From Azolla caroliniana (Eukaryota; Plantae; Polypodiophyta): 64,000 bases of DNA. The position numbers were made by a program, and so were the translations under genes. The DNA is taken from NCBI GenBank assembly GCA_043228905.1, contig JBHGNT010000008.1:14942001-15006000 (forward strand), written 5' to 3'. A model generated the notes under the pieces. It searched no databases and had not been told where the DNA came from. It saw nothing but the letters and a program-made list of their open reading frames with translations. Each line of letters starts with the position of its first letter. Positions within the stretch are counted from its first letter, which is position 1. Positions 25,079 through 37,444 of the stretch are shown piece after piece.

Positions 25079-26002
25079 TCCCGATTCCCGGACATCTGAC
25101 CATCCCATCCGGAGGGACCGTAATCCCAACACATCTCAACTTGGTTCAGTAACCCAACACTCCTTGGAGATCCACCTGATTTGGGTCATTGGAGTTTATT
25201 TACATTCTAGACTCAAAGTTCTTTAATATTATTGTTCTTAGGGATTATTTGCATTATTTTGGAACAAATGTTGTGTAGTCAAAACCATGTAATGTATTTC
25301 ATCTGCACCATATAACGCACATGCAAAGCTTCTCTACATGTGTGCCACATGGCCCACATGCTTTATATCGTGCACATGCACAAGCTTCTCTAGGTGTGTG
25401 CCACATGGCCTACATATAATGACATCAATTTAGTATAAGAGGGGAGGATTATTGCCATGGAGGGGGGATGAAAACAATCAAAGAGTCCTATTTTGTAAAG
25501 GACATCTGACCATCCCATCCGGAGGGACCGTAATCCCAACACATCTCAACATCATCCGGCTCCGTAGCCGGGGTCTTCAATCCCGATTCCCGGACATCTG
25601 ACCATCCCATCCGGAGGGACCGTAATCCCAACACATCTCAACTTGGTTCAGTAACCCAACACTCCTTGGAGATCCACCTGATTTGGGTCATTGGAGTTTA
25701 TTTACATTCTAGACTCAAAGTTCTTTAATATTATTGTTCTTAGGGATTATTTGCATTATTTTGGAACAAATGTTGTGTAGTCAAAACCATGTAATGTATT
25801 TCATCTGCACCATATAACGCACATGCAAAGCTTCTCTACATGTGTGCCACATGGCCCACATGCTTTATATCGTGCACATGCACAAGCTTCTCTAGGTGTG
25901 TGCCACATGGCCTACATATAATGACATCAATTTAGTATAAGAGGGGAGGATTATTGCCATGGAGGGGGGATGAAAACAATCAAAGAGTCCTATTTTGTAA
26001 AG
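25049..26002. repeat. Tandem duplication of 452 bp (25049-25500 and 25551-26002) with a 50-bp third partial copy between
   Basis: Copies look identical at offset 502; 25501-25550 equals 25091-25140. Confidence 0.9.
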
Positions 26003-26240
26003 GGTTTTTCTCTCGAAGAAATAGTGAATTTCCTATTTTGGCATTTCTTCTTCGTCTGCGTTTCAGGAGTAGCATTGTACAGTATTTTCTTCATAACTCT
26101 GAATTCTGATGTCTGTTTTCGACGTTCTATAGCTCGTTGGAAAGCTCTTCCAGAGGGCTTTCCAATCTGTGTTCAAACACCTAATTTGATTACGTAGGTG
26201 GAACGATATAAAGTTTTTTGTCTTCACGGGTAGGGCTACA
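25132..26240. mobile_element. LTR-like segment of another Gypsy family (target of the Copia; continues at ~19699-19748)
   Basis: CATAACT..GTTGGAAAGCTC..CTTTCCAA block common in plant Gypsy LTRs; ends GGGCTACA. Confidence 0.5.
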
Positions 26241-28358
26241 AACCACTTGTGACTATTGAGATACTTCCGACTCGACTTCCCACTCTTCTCTTTTATGTTG
26301 GTTCCGTGATTGGCAATTTCCACTGCATGAATGGGGCTCTTCCTGTCCACCGCGATTGTTGGTGGTACGCTGTCGTGAAGATTTTCGTCCACAAGCGGAA
26401 ACCCGAGCAACGAGAGCCAAAGAGCGATGTGCAACGTTGCACACGTACATAATGTATTTGTAATAATAATAGGGGAAAAGGGTATGGTGCTAGAAATGCC
26501 CCATAAGATCCCTAAGGTATAAAGGCGATGTGGTCTTGTGCGCACATCCACGCGAGAGAGAGAGAGAGAGGTACTATGCGGTACATAGGTACCTAGTTGT
26601 TTGTGAGGAGGTGGGAGTTAAGTGGCCATCAATCTCACCCTCCCCAAATCAAGGCAAATATCCCCTTTGAATGAAAGGGGATATTTTAGTCTCGTTTTTG
26701 TAAACGGTCTTCCCTCCTTGTGCTATAAAAGGAGAGGGAAGGCACCATTGTGGGGGTTGCCTATTTTGAGTGTGCAAGGTATACCACATAGGTCGAGTGT
26801 TAGGGTTAGGGTTAGGGTTTCGAGTAGTCGTTTGGTGCGGCCTACGCGGCCACCGTTTGTAATCGTTCATTTCATTTTAATACATCTTGTTGTTCATCTT
26901 GTCTCAATCTCCCTCTTGTTTGATCTAGTCTCTTGTTCATTCTTCTTGTTCTTGAGCAAAGCTTCCATTCCGTGTCTGATTCCTTCTCCTCTACTCCTTA
27001 GTCCAAGATCCCCGTGGTCCCGCCCTTCTCCACGCACGCGCGTAGCAACGCGACAACGCTAGTTATCATAGTGGCGCCCTCCTTGAGGATTGTAGCGGTC
27101 ATTGCTCGGATAATCCTCTTCTTCCTGCTCCTCGTCCGAATAAGGTTCGTTTATTGCAACGAAGATGGTTTGGCCTTTCCACACGCCGCTTCCGGTCCGT
27201 GTTACGGTAACGCTCCTCCTGTCAGCCTTGGTCGTTGTGGCGGTAATGCCGCTGAGGCTCCATACGGTCAACTAATGATGTGGGCCTATTTAGCATGTTA
27301 TCTTCGCCTTGGTCCACCGTGGGCACCCGTGAATGACAAATGGGGCAGTGTATCCGCATATTACAATCTACCGCTAAGTGCCCAGAGTTCAAGCAGATTG
27401 TGCATTGAATGGTTTGGAGAAAATGGTGTTCCTCATCCCTGGGTACTCCTTGGTGGAGCGATGCCATAGACAACCCCTCGTCCTCCTCTTCTAACTCAAG
27501 GTGCAACGCACATTCTATGACTGTATCTACCGTTTGGGCCGTGATATTTTTCATATTTAACGTTGTTCGGAGGGGTCATCGTAATGCAGCCAAAAATGTT
27601 TCTTTTGCTTTGTCCTCCGTTGGATCACATCCTAGCTGTTGTCATAAACTCTGGAACCGTAGACTGAAGTCTGCCATGGACTCTTGCAACAATTGTTTTA
27701 TTGTTTAAAATTGGCCGATGATCTCACATTGGGGAATTCTTCAATGTCGTAAAAACAACGATTGGAGCTGATCGAAAGAGGCGAACGACGTGATGTCGAA
27801 CTGGGAATGCCAACGAGCAGCTCGTCCAACCAGGGTTAACCCAAACTCTGTCATTTTTTATGCTTGGGCTTCTACCTCCGGAAGTCGCTACGCCATATGG
27901 TTGGCGTTCAAAACATTGAGGCACGACCAAGCATGGCTCTCGGTGCCAGTATCTCCATTTGGGAGAGTACTACCGACGCGATGTGGGGTTTCGGAGAAGT
28001 GGTAGTTTCACTATACTAGTCCAGTGGAGATGGAACCTCTTGCCCAATGCCGCTCTGTCCGGTGAGTGTAGATTGTAGTGTATACTCCGAGAGAGACGGA
28101 ACACAGTCGTTGAGGTGTGGTGTTCGCGTTGCGCGTTCTTTCGCTTTTCGGGTGAAGGACCGGATCTGCGGTTGATCTTGTCGAGTCGGTTCTCGGGTGC
28201 ATCGGCGGCTAGACATCCATTCCTTGATGCTCGGTTGTGAGAATCATAGATCACCAGGTGTGGCAAAAGTGTTACCGTTTAGGGACACGGTCTACCCTCA
28301 GTCCTTCGGGATACGGCTCAAGAAGACCGTGGTACAGAGAATGGATAGCGTAGTGTGT
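26241..28358 (-). mobile_element. Athila/Tat-like (family Y) 5' fragment: LTR end at 28270, Arg-type PBS, decayed gag with tandem zinc knuckles
   Basis: QCTICLNSGH..CNMRIHCPICHS homologous to ORF 45751-46170; minus TGCCACACCTGGTG next to LTR end GGTAACA. Confidence 0.75.
26371..27055 (+). mobile_element. Solo LTR with perfect 4-bp TSD ACGC
   Basis: TGTCGTGAAG...CGCGACA; ACGC at 26367-26370 and 27056-27059; host gag sequence rejoins across it; TATA CTATAAAAG near 26723. Confidence 0.85.
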
Positions 28359-29539
28359 TGTCGTGAAGATCCGTCACTATGTGCGGATCGTGAGGCGGAA
28401 CCGCCGAGGTTCTAGACCGGAAGGACTCAAAGTACACACTAGCTTTAGCGAGAAAGGATTTAAGATAGATTGAAAGAGAGATATTAAGATAAGATAGAAC
28501 TCTTGACTTTAGATTAAGCGAGATTAAGATTGATACATCAATTGGATAATGAATTTCTTACTTTTAATTTCTTAATTAATACATCGCTCCTTTGATCTTT
28601 TTCATCCACCCTTTTATAGATGCTCCCATGCATATGATGCATGTGAGCGTACAAGCCATGCATACAATGCATTGAATGCATGTGATGCATGTTTGCCATT
28701 TGGCGCTCATGCATCACATGTCACTCAATCAAGCTCTAATATGAGAATTTTCAAGTAAAACTAAAATGATAAAAATATAACTTTCAGGAATTGACTTGGT
28801 TTAGTGGTAAGTATATTGCTTTCTATCTTGGAGGTGCAAGGTTCAAGTTTTGCTTACATCCATTTTAAAGCACAAAATACTTTTAGGCTTTTGGACCAAA
28901 TATCTATAAAACAGCATGCACCACGATCACCCGACCCGACCGATCCGTCCAATTTGCATCCGTGGACCGTTCAATTTGCATCCCGAGGTCGTCGGATCCC
29001 AGTAACTGGTTTTGCTGACACCGGATGGCGTCGCCATCGGTCGCCGTCCGGTTCCGTCGCCGGACGCAGTCGCCTCCCGGTTCCGTTGCCATCCAAAACC
29101 AATGAACTTGGCTACATTCATTCATCAAGTCATTCAACTCATCTATTCTCCTCACATAGACAAAAAGATAATAGCTTTTGCTCTACCTTACATATGATGA
29201 GATCCTTATTTGTCCTGTCTATGTGGGATATCTCACAATTGTTTTATTTTTCTCTTTTTCTTTGCAAACTTCATACCCACATAACTTGACATTTATTTGT
29301 CCGTTTCAAATGTAGTAAAGTACATTCATATGCTCTTGAAGACCTCCATCTTCCCGTACCAAGATATTAAGCTAATCTTAAATAGTATCTTCACTATCAT
29401 TGTTTTATATTTTGTTTGAAGAGCCACACTCGATTTTGGGCATTCCTCGCAATTTTCAAACCATTGTCAAAAATCTTCACGACATCCACCCCCACCAAAC
29501 CGCACGTCCTTCGGTACGTGGCAAGAAGAGAGAGTGTGA

Positions 29540-32500
29540 GATTTCGGATACGGTGATCAATCAGATTCTTCCACGTCTGTCCTAATACCTTCATCATCGA
29601 GGTGGTCAAGGTCAAGATCTCCGTCTTGTCTTTTCTTGAAAATCTTTACTCTTTTCCCCGCAATGGGTATGGCCAACCTTGATCCGTCTAGCTCCGCAAG
29701 GTGGTATGTGGCATTATCGTTGGCATTTGTCACCACATACGACCCGAGCCATCTTCTTGCGAACTTTCTTGTTGTACTGTGTTCATTGTCAAGGCTACTA
29801 TCATAGACCAATACCCAATCTCTTTCTTCGATCTTCTTGGGACGCAGTCGATGCGTCTTGTCAAACCGAATTTTGTTCTTCACTCAGGCTGCCTCCATCA
29901 TCTTTCGCTCTTTTTCTAGATCTTCAGGTCTTCTCTCAAGTTTTGTTATCCGTGCCACTAATAACTCTTCTCGGCTCATCTCGTTCTCCCATGGTATCAC
30001 TACCCATGAGGGGATCGTCCTTTCGATGGGTATTACCAGCTTTTGTCCATACATAAGCTCTGTTGGCATATACCCATCACCGAGTTGTGTGTCGTTTTGT
30101 CAGCCCACAAGGTATAGGGCAATAGTCGTGGCCAATTCCCAGCTCGACCGTTGCATGCTTGTACGATGGCTTTGACGATAGGTTCATGCCCTCGCTCGAT
30201 CTTCCCATTCGCTTCTGGATTGTAGGCAGTCGTGAGGGAGAGCTTCACACCTAGTCATTTGAAAAGCTCTGTTTCTTCGTGTGCATCCAACTCCCCTCAA
30301 TCAGTGACTATCTTTTTCACACATCCGTATCGGCAGACAACCTCTTCGAGTACAAATTTGCAAACAACCAACGTCATCTTATTTGTCAAGGGACGTCCTT
30401 CCACTTGATTTGTCAAGTCTTCTCTTGCCATGTCTAAGTACTTCATTTGTCCCACTCCCATTGGCATTGAGACCAGATCCATTATCTATTTGAAGTGTAT
30501 GGTGAGCGGGTATGTCGGTCGTAGCTCATCACGATGACGTATATTCGAATGTACTTGGCATGTTTCGCATGTGGACACGAAATGGAGTACATCTTTGTAC
30601 ATGCTTTGCCACCAGTACTTCTCCTTCAACTTCTCGAACATCGCCCATGTTCCTCTATGACCTGCCCAGGCACTTTCGTGGAATTCAGTCATTAGCGTCA
30701 CTTGCTCTTCTTTCTTCACCACCACTCGACGTGGTATTCCTGTCCTTCTTTTTAGGTGTCTCCAAAGGAATCCTCCCTTTAAGAAGTATTGGTATGCTTT
30801 CTTCCGGATTCGTCGGGCCTCCTCCTTCGTCAACGAAGCATCCGTCGTCATCGTTCTTAGGAATCTGCTGATTAGTAACCACTCCCCTTCGTACTCGTCC
30901 TCATTGAAGGCGTGGAGGGTTAGCGTGTCCTTGTCTTCCACCGATAGTCGGGCCATCTTGAAGAAGTCAAGGGTGGCGTCTTCATCTTTCGAAACCATGT
31001 CACTTTCATTCTCAAATATTTCCCTCGACAGCATGTCATCCATGGCGTTCTTCTTCCCTGCAATATGGCAGATCTCTAGGTTTAAAGACTTGATATAGGG
31101 GATCCACCTTAGCATAGGTAGATCTAGTGTCGCACATCCTGAGATTATCCTGAGGATTGGGAGACAATCTGTCTCAATTATTACTTCTGACCCGATCAGG
31201 TAGTCTTTGTCCGTCTTTACTGCCGACAAAATACCCCAAAGTTCTCGGTTGACTTGAGCGTATCTTTGTTGTCGTTCGCTGAGAACCTTTGCTCTGAACT
31301 GGATGGCATACCATGCATTATCTTCTCCTTCTTGGTTGATAACCCACCCGATTCCGGTTGGGCTCGTATCTACAGTCACATAAATCGGCTTTCCTTCGGT
31401 ATAGTCGGCCTTTCTTAGTGCTGGAGCTTCAAGAAGTAGTTTCTTCAATCTTCGCATCGCGTTTGTGTGCTCATCTCGCCATTCGAACTTCATTCTTTTC
31501 TTTAGCAATCCATATATAGGCTCGGTGAAATGGGCGTAGTGTGGAATCCAGATACGATAAAATGCGCATGCTCCAAGGAACCTCCGAACCTTCGTTTGGT
31601 TTACGCATTCTTCTTTCATATCTCGGATCGCGTTCACCTTGGATGGCGAAGGCTTCCGGCCATATGCTCCGCACAAGTGACCTACCACCAAGATCTCTGG
31701 TTGCCCGAATGCGGAATTTTCTCCCGAAAATATCAAATTCGCATCTTCGAGCCTTTGGAGCACCTTCTCACAATCTTTCATATGATCCGCGACGAACTTT
31801 CTACACCCTTCCTTATCTATCGATTCATCTTTCTCCTCATCCGAACATCCTTTTATCGGAATATCATCCAAGAACGGTATCGTGATGTCCGGGATGCAAT
31901 CCTTCAAAACCGTGTTCATCGCATTCACCATATGAGCCATCGAGTTCGTTGCACCTTGAGGTAAGGTACACATCCACACGAGCCCAATTGGAGTCCTCAT
32001 GGTTGTAATGTCACGACTGTCAATCGCCAACTGGAATTGGTCGTATCTAGAGTAGAGATCACCAATGGAGTAGATGGATCGCCCCGCAAACGCTTCGGCA
32101 AATTCTTCCACGCTCGGACCAATTCTAGCATTCCGAATTGCCACCTTGTTGACGGGTTGAAGATCTTGGATGAATCGTAATGATCCATTCTTCTTCGGCA
32201 CTATGAACCACCTATTAGAATAAGGAGAATTCGACGGTTCCAGAATTCCCATATTCACCTTCTCCTTTAAGAGCTCGATCAACTTCAGTAGTTGTGCTCT
32301 CGGAACCGGTATCGGTTTCAAATTGCAAGGTACGTGCGGCACAGTGAAGATCACCATCGGCTCTATCGTCCTTGGATCAGCACATCCGATTTCTTGTGGG
32401 AAAAATGCAAAAGCCTTCCCATGTCTTTTTCTCTTTTCTTCGATGAACACCTTGTGGTTGTCGCACATCACTTCTGCAAGTATGGTGTTGTCATCCACCG

Positions 32501-33660
32501 GATCCGACCACCCGGTTATGCTTTGCATGCTTTGGTCCGCAAGCTCTACCTCATTCGATGTGACCTTCCCCATCTTCTCATACTCGAGAACGAAAGACCA
32601 AAACTTTGCTCCCACTTTCGCAGCTTCATTTTTGTCTTTCCCAACTCTTATTCCGGCCGTTGAAGCATAGTGCATCGCATCCACATGAGTCGCCTCAACA
32701 TCTTCCATAGATTTCTTCATTCCCCCTCTTTTGAAATTCACCCGCAGGGATCTTCAAGTTTCAGTCGAGCAGATCATGTTGTCATCCATGTATACGATAT
32801 TTTGTTAGATCGTCTCTCGAAGGCTCGCGCAATCCCTTCTCCTGTGTTCCATGCTATCACACCACACGCATCTAAAGGGTTCTTTTCCTTTGGGGCCCCG
32901 ACGATTCATGTTAGCTAGCGTGACCATCTCAAACTTCTTCCTAGCCCCGGGCTGCTTTGTTTGGGTGGCTCAACTACTTTTGGTTGTCTTGTTTTCTCCG
33001 CGACAGTCAATCCCGCCAAGTCGGTGTCATCAACCCACTGACAACGTTTGTCGAGCCTATTGCATGCTTGCTTCACCGCAACCCAGTCCGCCACAAGCCC
33101 GTTCACTTGGGTATCATCTTCGAGGAGAGTACCCAGTTCTCATCTATCCTTTATATCCACAGCCTTTAGGAAGTACAAAGTTTTGTCCTCCTCAATTAGC
33201 ACTTGGTCTGTGGCAGGGAGACGACGAAACATTTGGTCGAATTCGTTGTACACCCTCGAGGTGCTCATCTTCTTATTCTTCTTTTCTATCCACTTTATCA
33301 ACTCATGTCGAGTCATCCTCGACAAATCTTCCGTCGCAAACTCCGTTAATATCGCTTTCTCGAAGTTCGACCACGTTGTTTACCCTTCTTGAAGCTCGAT
33401 GACGCACCTTTGGATGTTATTGGTGACCACTCTCTTGAAACTCGTGATTTGACGCGCTGCAGACACGTGCCTCTGATTCATCTCCCTTCTTATGCATCAA
33501 GCAACTTCATAATGTTCCTTCCGTCAAATTGACCCTTGAGCTCAACGACACGATCGACAATCGTCTCCATGCTCGCATTGTTGTCTCAAGATCTCATCAT
33601 TTGTTCGACGATCAGCATCATCCTTTCGAACTCTCCCGCTTGATGACTTGAGGGTGCCAT
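29540..33660 (-). pseudogene. Decayed gag and RT-RH-INT; protease region appears deleted
   Basis: FIQDLQPVN, LPQGATNS, PFLDDIPIKG, VDTSPTGIG, HESAWAGH..CETC, YNPEANGKIERGH, RWLGSY. Confidence 0.9.
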
Positions 33661-33700
33661 CTCCAAGTATCGGTTGATCCTCATCCTTCCTACTGCCTCT

Positions 33701-33718
33701 TTCACGTCGGGTTCACCA
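33701..33718 (-). promoter_or_regulatory. 18-nt PBS complementary to tRNA-Trp(CCA)
   Basis: Plus strand TTCACGTCGGGTTCACCA equals the 3' end of plant tRNA-Trp as I recall it; 8 nt from the LTR end. Confidence 0.85.
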
Positions 33719-36009
33719 CTTAATTATGTCGTGAAGATCCATCACTATGTGCGGATCGTGAGGCAAAACCGCCGGGGTTCTGGACCAGAAGGACTCGAAG
33801 TACCCACTAGCTTTACCGAGAAAGGATTTAAGATAGATTGAGAGAGAGAGATTAAGATAAGATAGAACACTTGACTTTAGATTAAGAGAGATTAAGATTG
33901 ATACATCAATTGGATAACGAATTTCTTACCTTTAATTTCTTAATTGAAACATCGCTCCTTTGATCTTTTTCATCCACCCTTTTATAGATGCTCCCATGCA
34001 TATGATGCATGTGAGGGTACAAGGCATGCATACAATGCATTGAATGCATGCGATGCATGTTTTCCATTTGGTGCTCATGCATCACATGTCACTCAATCAA
34101 GCTCTAATATGAGAATTTTCAAGTAAAACTATAATGATAAAAATATAACTTTAAGCAAATCACTTGGCTTAGTGGTAAGTATATTCCCTTCTATTTTGGA
34201 GGTGCAAGGTTCAACTCTTGCTTACATCCATTTTAAAGCACAAAATACGATTAGGATTTTGGACCAAATATCTTTAAAACACCATGCACCGTGATCAACC
34301 GACCCGGCCGATCCCTCCGATTTGCATTCGTGGACCGTCCAATCTGGCTCGGTTCGGTTCGCATCCCGAGGTCGTCGGATGCCAGTAACCGGTTTTGCCG
34401 ACACCGGATGCCGGATGCTGGTCACCGGATGCCGTCACCAGTCGCCAGTTCCATCGCCATCCGGTTCCGTCACCGTCCGTCCGTCCGGTTCCGGTTCCGT
34501 TGCCGTCCAAAACCAATGAACTTGGCTACATTCATTCGTCAAGTCATTCAACTCATCTATTCATAGATTGAGAGAGAGAGATTGAGATAAGACAGAATGC
34601 TTGACTTTAGATTAAGAGAGATTAAAATTGACACATCAATTGGATAACGAATTTCTTACTTTTAATTTCTTAATTAAAACATCGCTCCATTGATCTTTTT
34701 CATCCACCCTTTTATAGATGCTCCCATGCATATGATGCATGCGAGGGTACATGCCATGCATACAATGCATTGAATGCATGCAATGCATACAATGCATTGA
34801 ATGCATGCAATGCATATTTGCCATTTGGCGCTCATGCATCACATGTCACTCAATCAACCTCTAATATAAGAATTTTCAAGTAAAACTATAATGATAAAAA
34901 TATAACTTTAAGAAAATCACTTGGCTTAGTGGTTAGTATATTGTTTTCTATTTTGGAGGTGCAAGGTTCAACTCTTGCTTACATCCATTCTAAAGCACAA
35001 AGTACTATTAGGCTTTTGGACCAAATATCTTTAAAACACCATGCACCGCGATCAACCGACCAAACCGATCCGTCCGATTTGCATCCGTGGACCATTCGGT
35101 CTAGCCCGGTTCGGTTCGCATCCCGAGGTCACCGGATGCCAATAACCGGTTCTGTCAACACCGGTCGCCGGATGGCGTCACCGTATGTCGCCAGTTCCGT
35201 TGCTGGATGCCGTCACCGGTCACCCGTTCCATCGCCGGATGGCGTCACTAGATGGCGTCACCGTCCGTCGCCATCCAGTTCCGTCACTGTCCATCCGTCT
35301 GGTTCCGTCACTGTCCATCCGTCCGGTTCCAGTTCCGTCGCCATAACCCTAAACCGACCAGACCAATCCGTCCGATTTGCATCCATGGACCGTTCGGTCT
35401 AGCCCGGTTCAGTCCGCATCCCAAGGTCGCCGGATGCCAATAACCGGTTTTGCCGACACCGGTCGCCGGATGGCGTCACCGTCCGTCGCCAGTTCCGTTG
35501 TTGGATGCTGTCACCGGTCACCGGTTCCATCGCCGGATGGCGTCACTGGATGGTGTCACCGTCCGTCGCCGTCCAGTTCCGTCACCGTCCGTCCGTCCGG
35601 TTCCAGTTCCGTCGCCGTCCAAAACCAATGAGCTTGGCTACATTCATTCGTCAAGTCATTCAACTCCTCTATTCTCTTCACATAGATACAAAGATAATAG
35701 CTTTTGCTCTGCATTATATATGGTGAGATCCTTATTTGTCCTGTGTATGTGTGATATCTCACAAGTTTTTTATTTTCCTCTGTTCTTTGCAAACTTCATA
35801 CCCACGTAACTTGACATTTATTTGTCCGTTTCAAATGTAATAAAGTACATTCGTAAGCTCTTGAAGACCTCCATCTTCCCGTACCAAGATATTAGGCTAA
35901 TCTAAAATAGTATCTTCACTATCATTGTTTTATATTTTGTGTGAAGAGCCACACTCGATTTTGGGCATTCCTTGCAATTTTCACACCATTACCGAGAATC
36001 TTCACGACA

Positions 36010-36351
36010 TCGTCTACCCTTATTGCATAAGAAGGGACAATGTGCCACTGAGTGGCCACGAGGGTAAGGCGTTATCAGGAGATGGATACAACCGAACCCC
36101 CTTCTTACTGTTTATAAATACACCCGTTACCCTAAACATAGATACACTTCCGAATCGACACATAGTTCAGAAGGTACTCGACACAGAGTTCAGAAAAGAC
36201 AATATGATTATATTAGACGGATTACACACCAAAACTACGCTAGCTCTTTACAATGTTCTTATTCCCTTTATATATTTAGCGCATAGACGGTTACGCTTAT
36301 CCACTAGTCCGCCCTTAGACTTCGCCTCGTTTCTCACAAGGGCGAACAACA
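36010..36351 (-). repeat. Probable U3 part of a family Y-type LTR
   Basis: Minus TATATAAAAGGG near 36275-36264; ends AACAACA; shares GTCTACCCT with 28290. Confidence 0.4.
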
Positions 36352-36464
36352 GTGTACTCCATTGTTTACATTCTTCTATATGTTTCAATTATATTCCTAT
36401 ATACTTGGTTTGTTGACTTATGACTTCTGAAAATTAAAAGTATATGAATGTTATTCAATTATAC

Positions 36465-36612
36465 TTTAGTTAACCTTAAGCCTGATTTTGCGCACATGTT
36501 GTTGACTCTAATTGGAGAAACATGATTTACTTAACCTTAAGCCTAATTTCGGGCATCTATTGTTGTCTCTAATATGGAGAAACATGAATTAGTTAACCAT
36601 AAGGCTGATTTC
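36465..36612. repeat. AT-rich ~60-bp tandem repeat, about 2.5 copies
   Basis: TTAACCTTAAGCCT..TGTTG.CTCTAAT.GGAGAAACATGA recurring. Confidence 0.7.
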
Positions 36613-37444
36613 TAGCATCAAGATACATGACTCATTGATAGTGACAATCTTCCATGTCAAACTTTACCTAAACATTTTATCCCCATTGAATGGTCGTCAA
36701 GACTGTCCATTTGTTAATTGAGACCGGTTGTCGAGACTGTCAAATTGTGTCTAATATTATGGTTCTTTGTCTTCTATTGCTGCTTAGAATGTGTAATGTG
36801 TTTATAATTATCAAACTATTATGTTTGTTTCTCTTCCATTGCTGCTTAGATTGGGTAGTGTGTTGATAATGGTCGATGCCACACTATTCCATTAGTTGCA
36901 CAACCTTGGAGTACACCTCTTATCAATATCCACATGTTTCATACGCTTGTCCTTCGGAGTTGGATTTCATAAGAATCACCTAAGGATTAGATTGCATCAA
37001 CTTTAAACACAAGTATTGAAAGCCTTAATAAGTTTGTTATTTCAATCACATTATTCTAAGGTTCACTATAATCGCATTGCGAACAATTATATACATACGA
37101 GTATGGGTCAAACTATAAATTATAACTCATTTTATTAACATGGATACAATTACACCTCATATTTTTTGTCTAACTTACCAAACAAATATAAGTCTTCATC
37201 TGAGTGTTTGCCATGTCGCACAAAAGTGTGGTATTGAGCCATTGTTGAACTTTATTATAATCGCATTAACATATCAACAATTCCAAACTCAACTGAATTC
37301 ACGTGTTCTCCACTCGAAGACCTATCATGTTTTATTAATTTTGTAAATTCTAATCCAGTTGTGGAACATGTAATACTAGTGCATCCAATTTTTGTAGATA
37401 GGGTATATTTGGATATTTACAAAAGGAATCTACAACTGGAATGC

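Larger units (their letters stand above)
19749..25131 (-). mobile_element. Full-length young Ty1/Copia element (Tnt1/Tto1, Tork-like)
   Basis: LTRs 19749-20382 and 24497-25131 nearly identical; TSD CATCT (19744-19748, 25132-25136); tRNA-iMet PBS TGGTATCAGAGC (24493-24482); PPT AGGGGGAG near 20392-20385. Confidence 0.98.
28359..36009 (-). mobile_element. Gypsy element primed by tRNA-Trp, with LTRs 28359-29484 and 33727-36009 (expanded)
   Basis: TGTCGTGAAG...CTTCACGACA termini; PPT GGTGGGGGTGGA (minus, 29496-29485); PBS 33701-33718; pol on minus. Confidence 0.93.
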
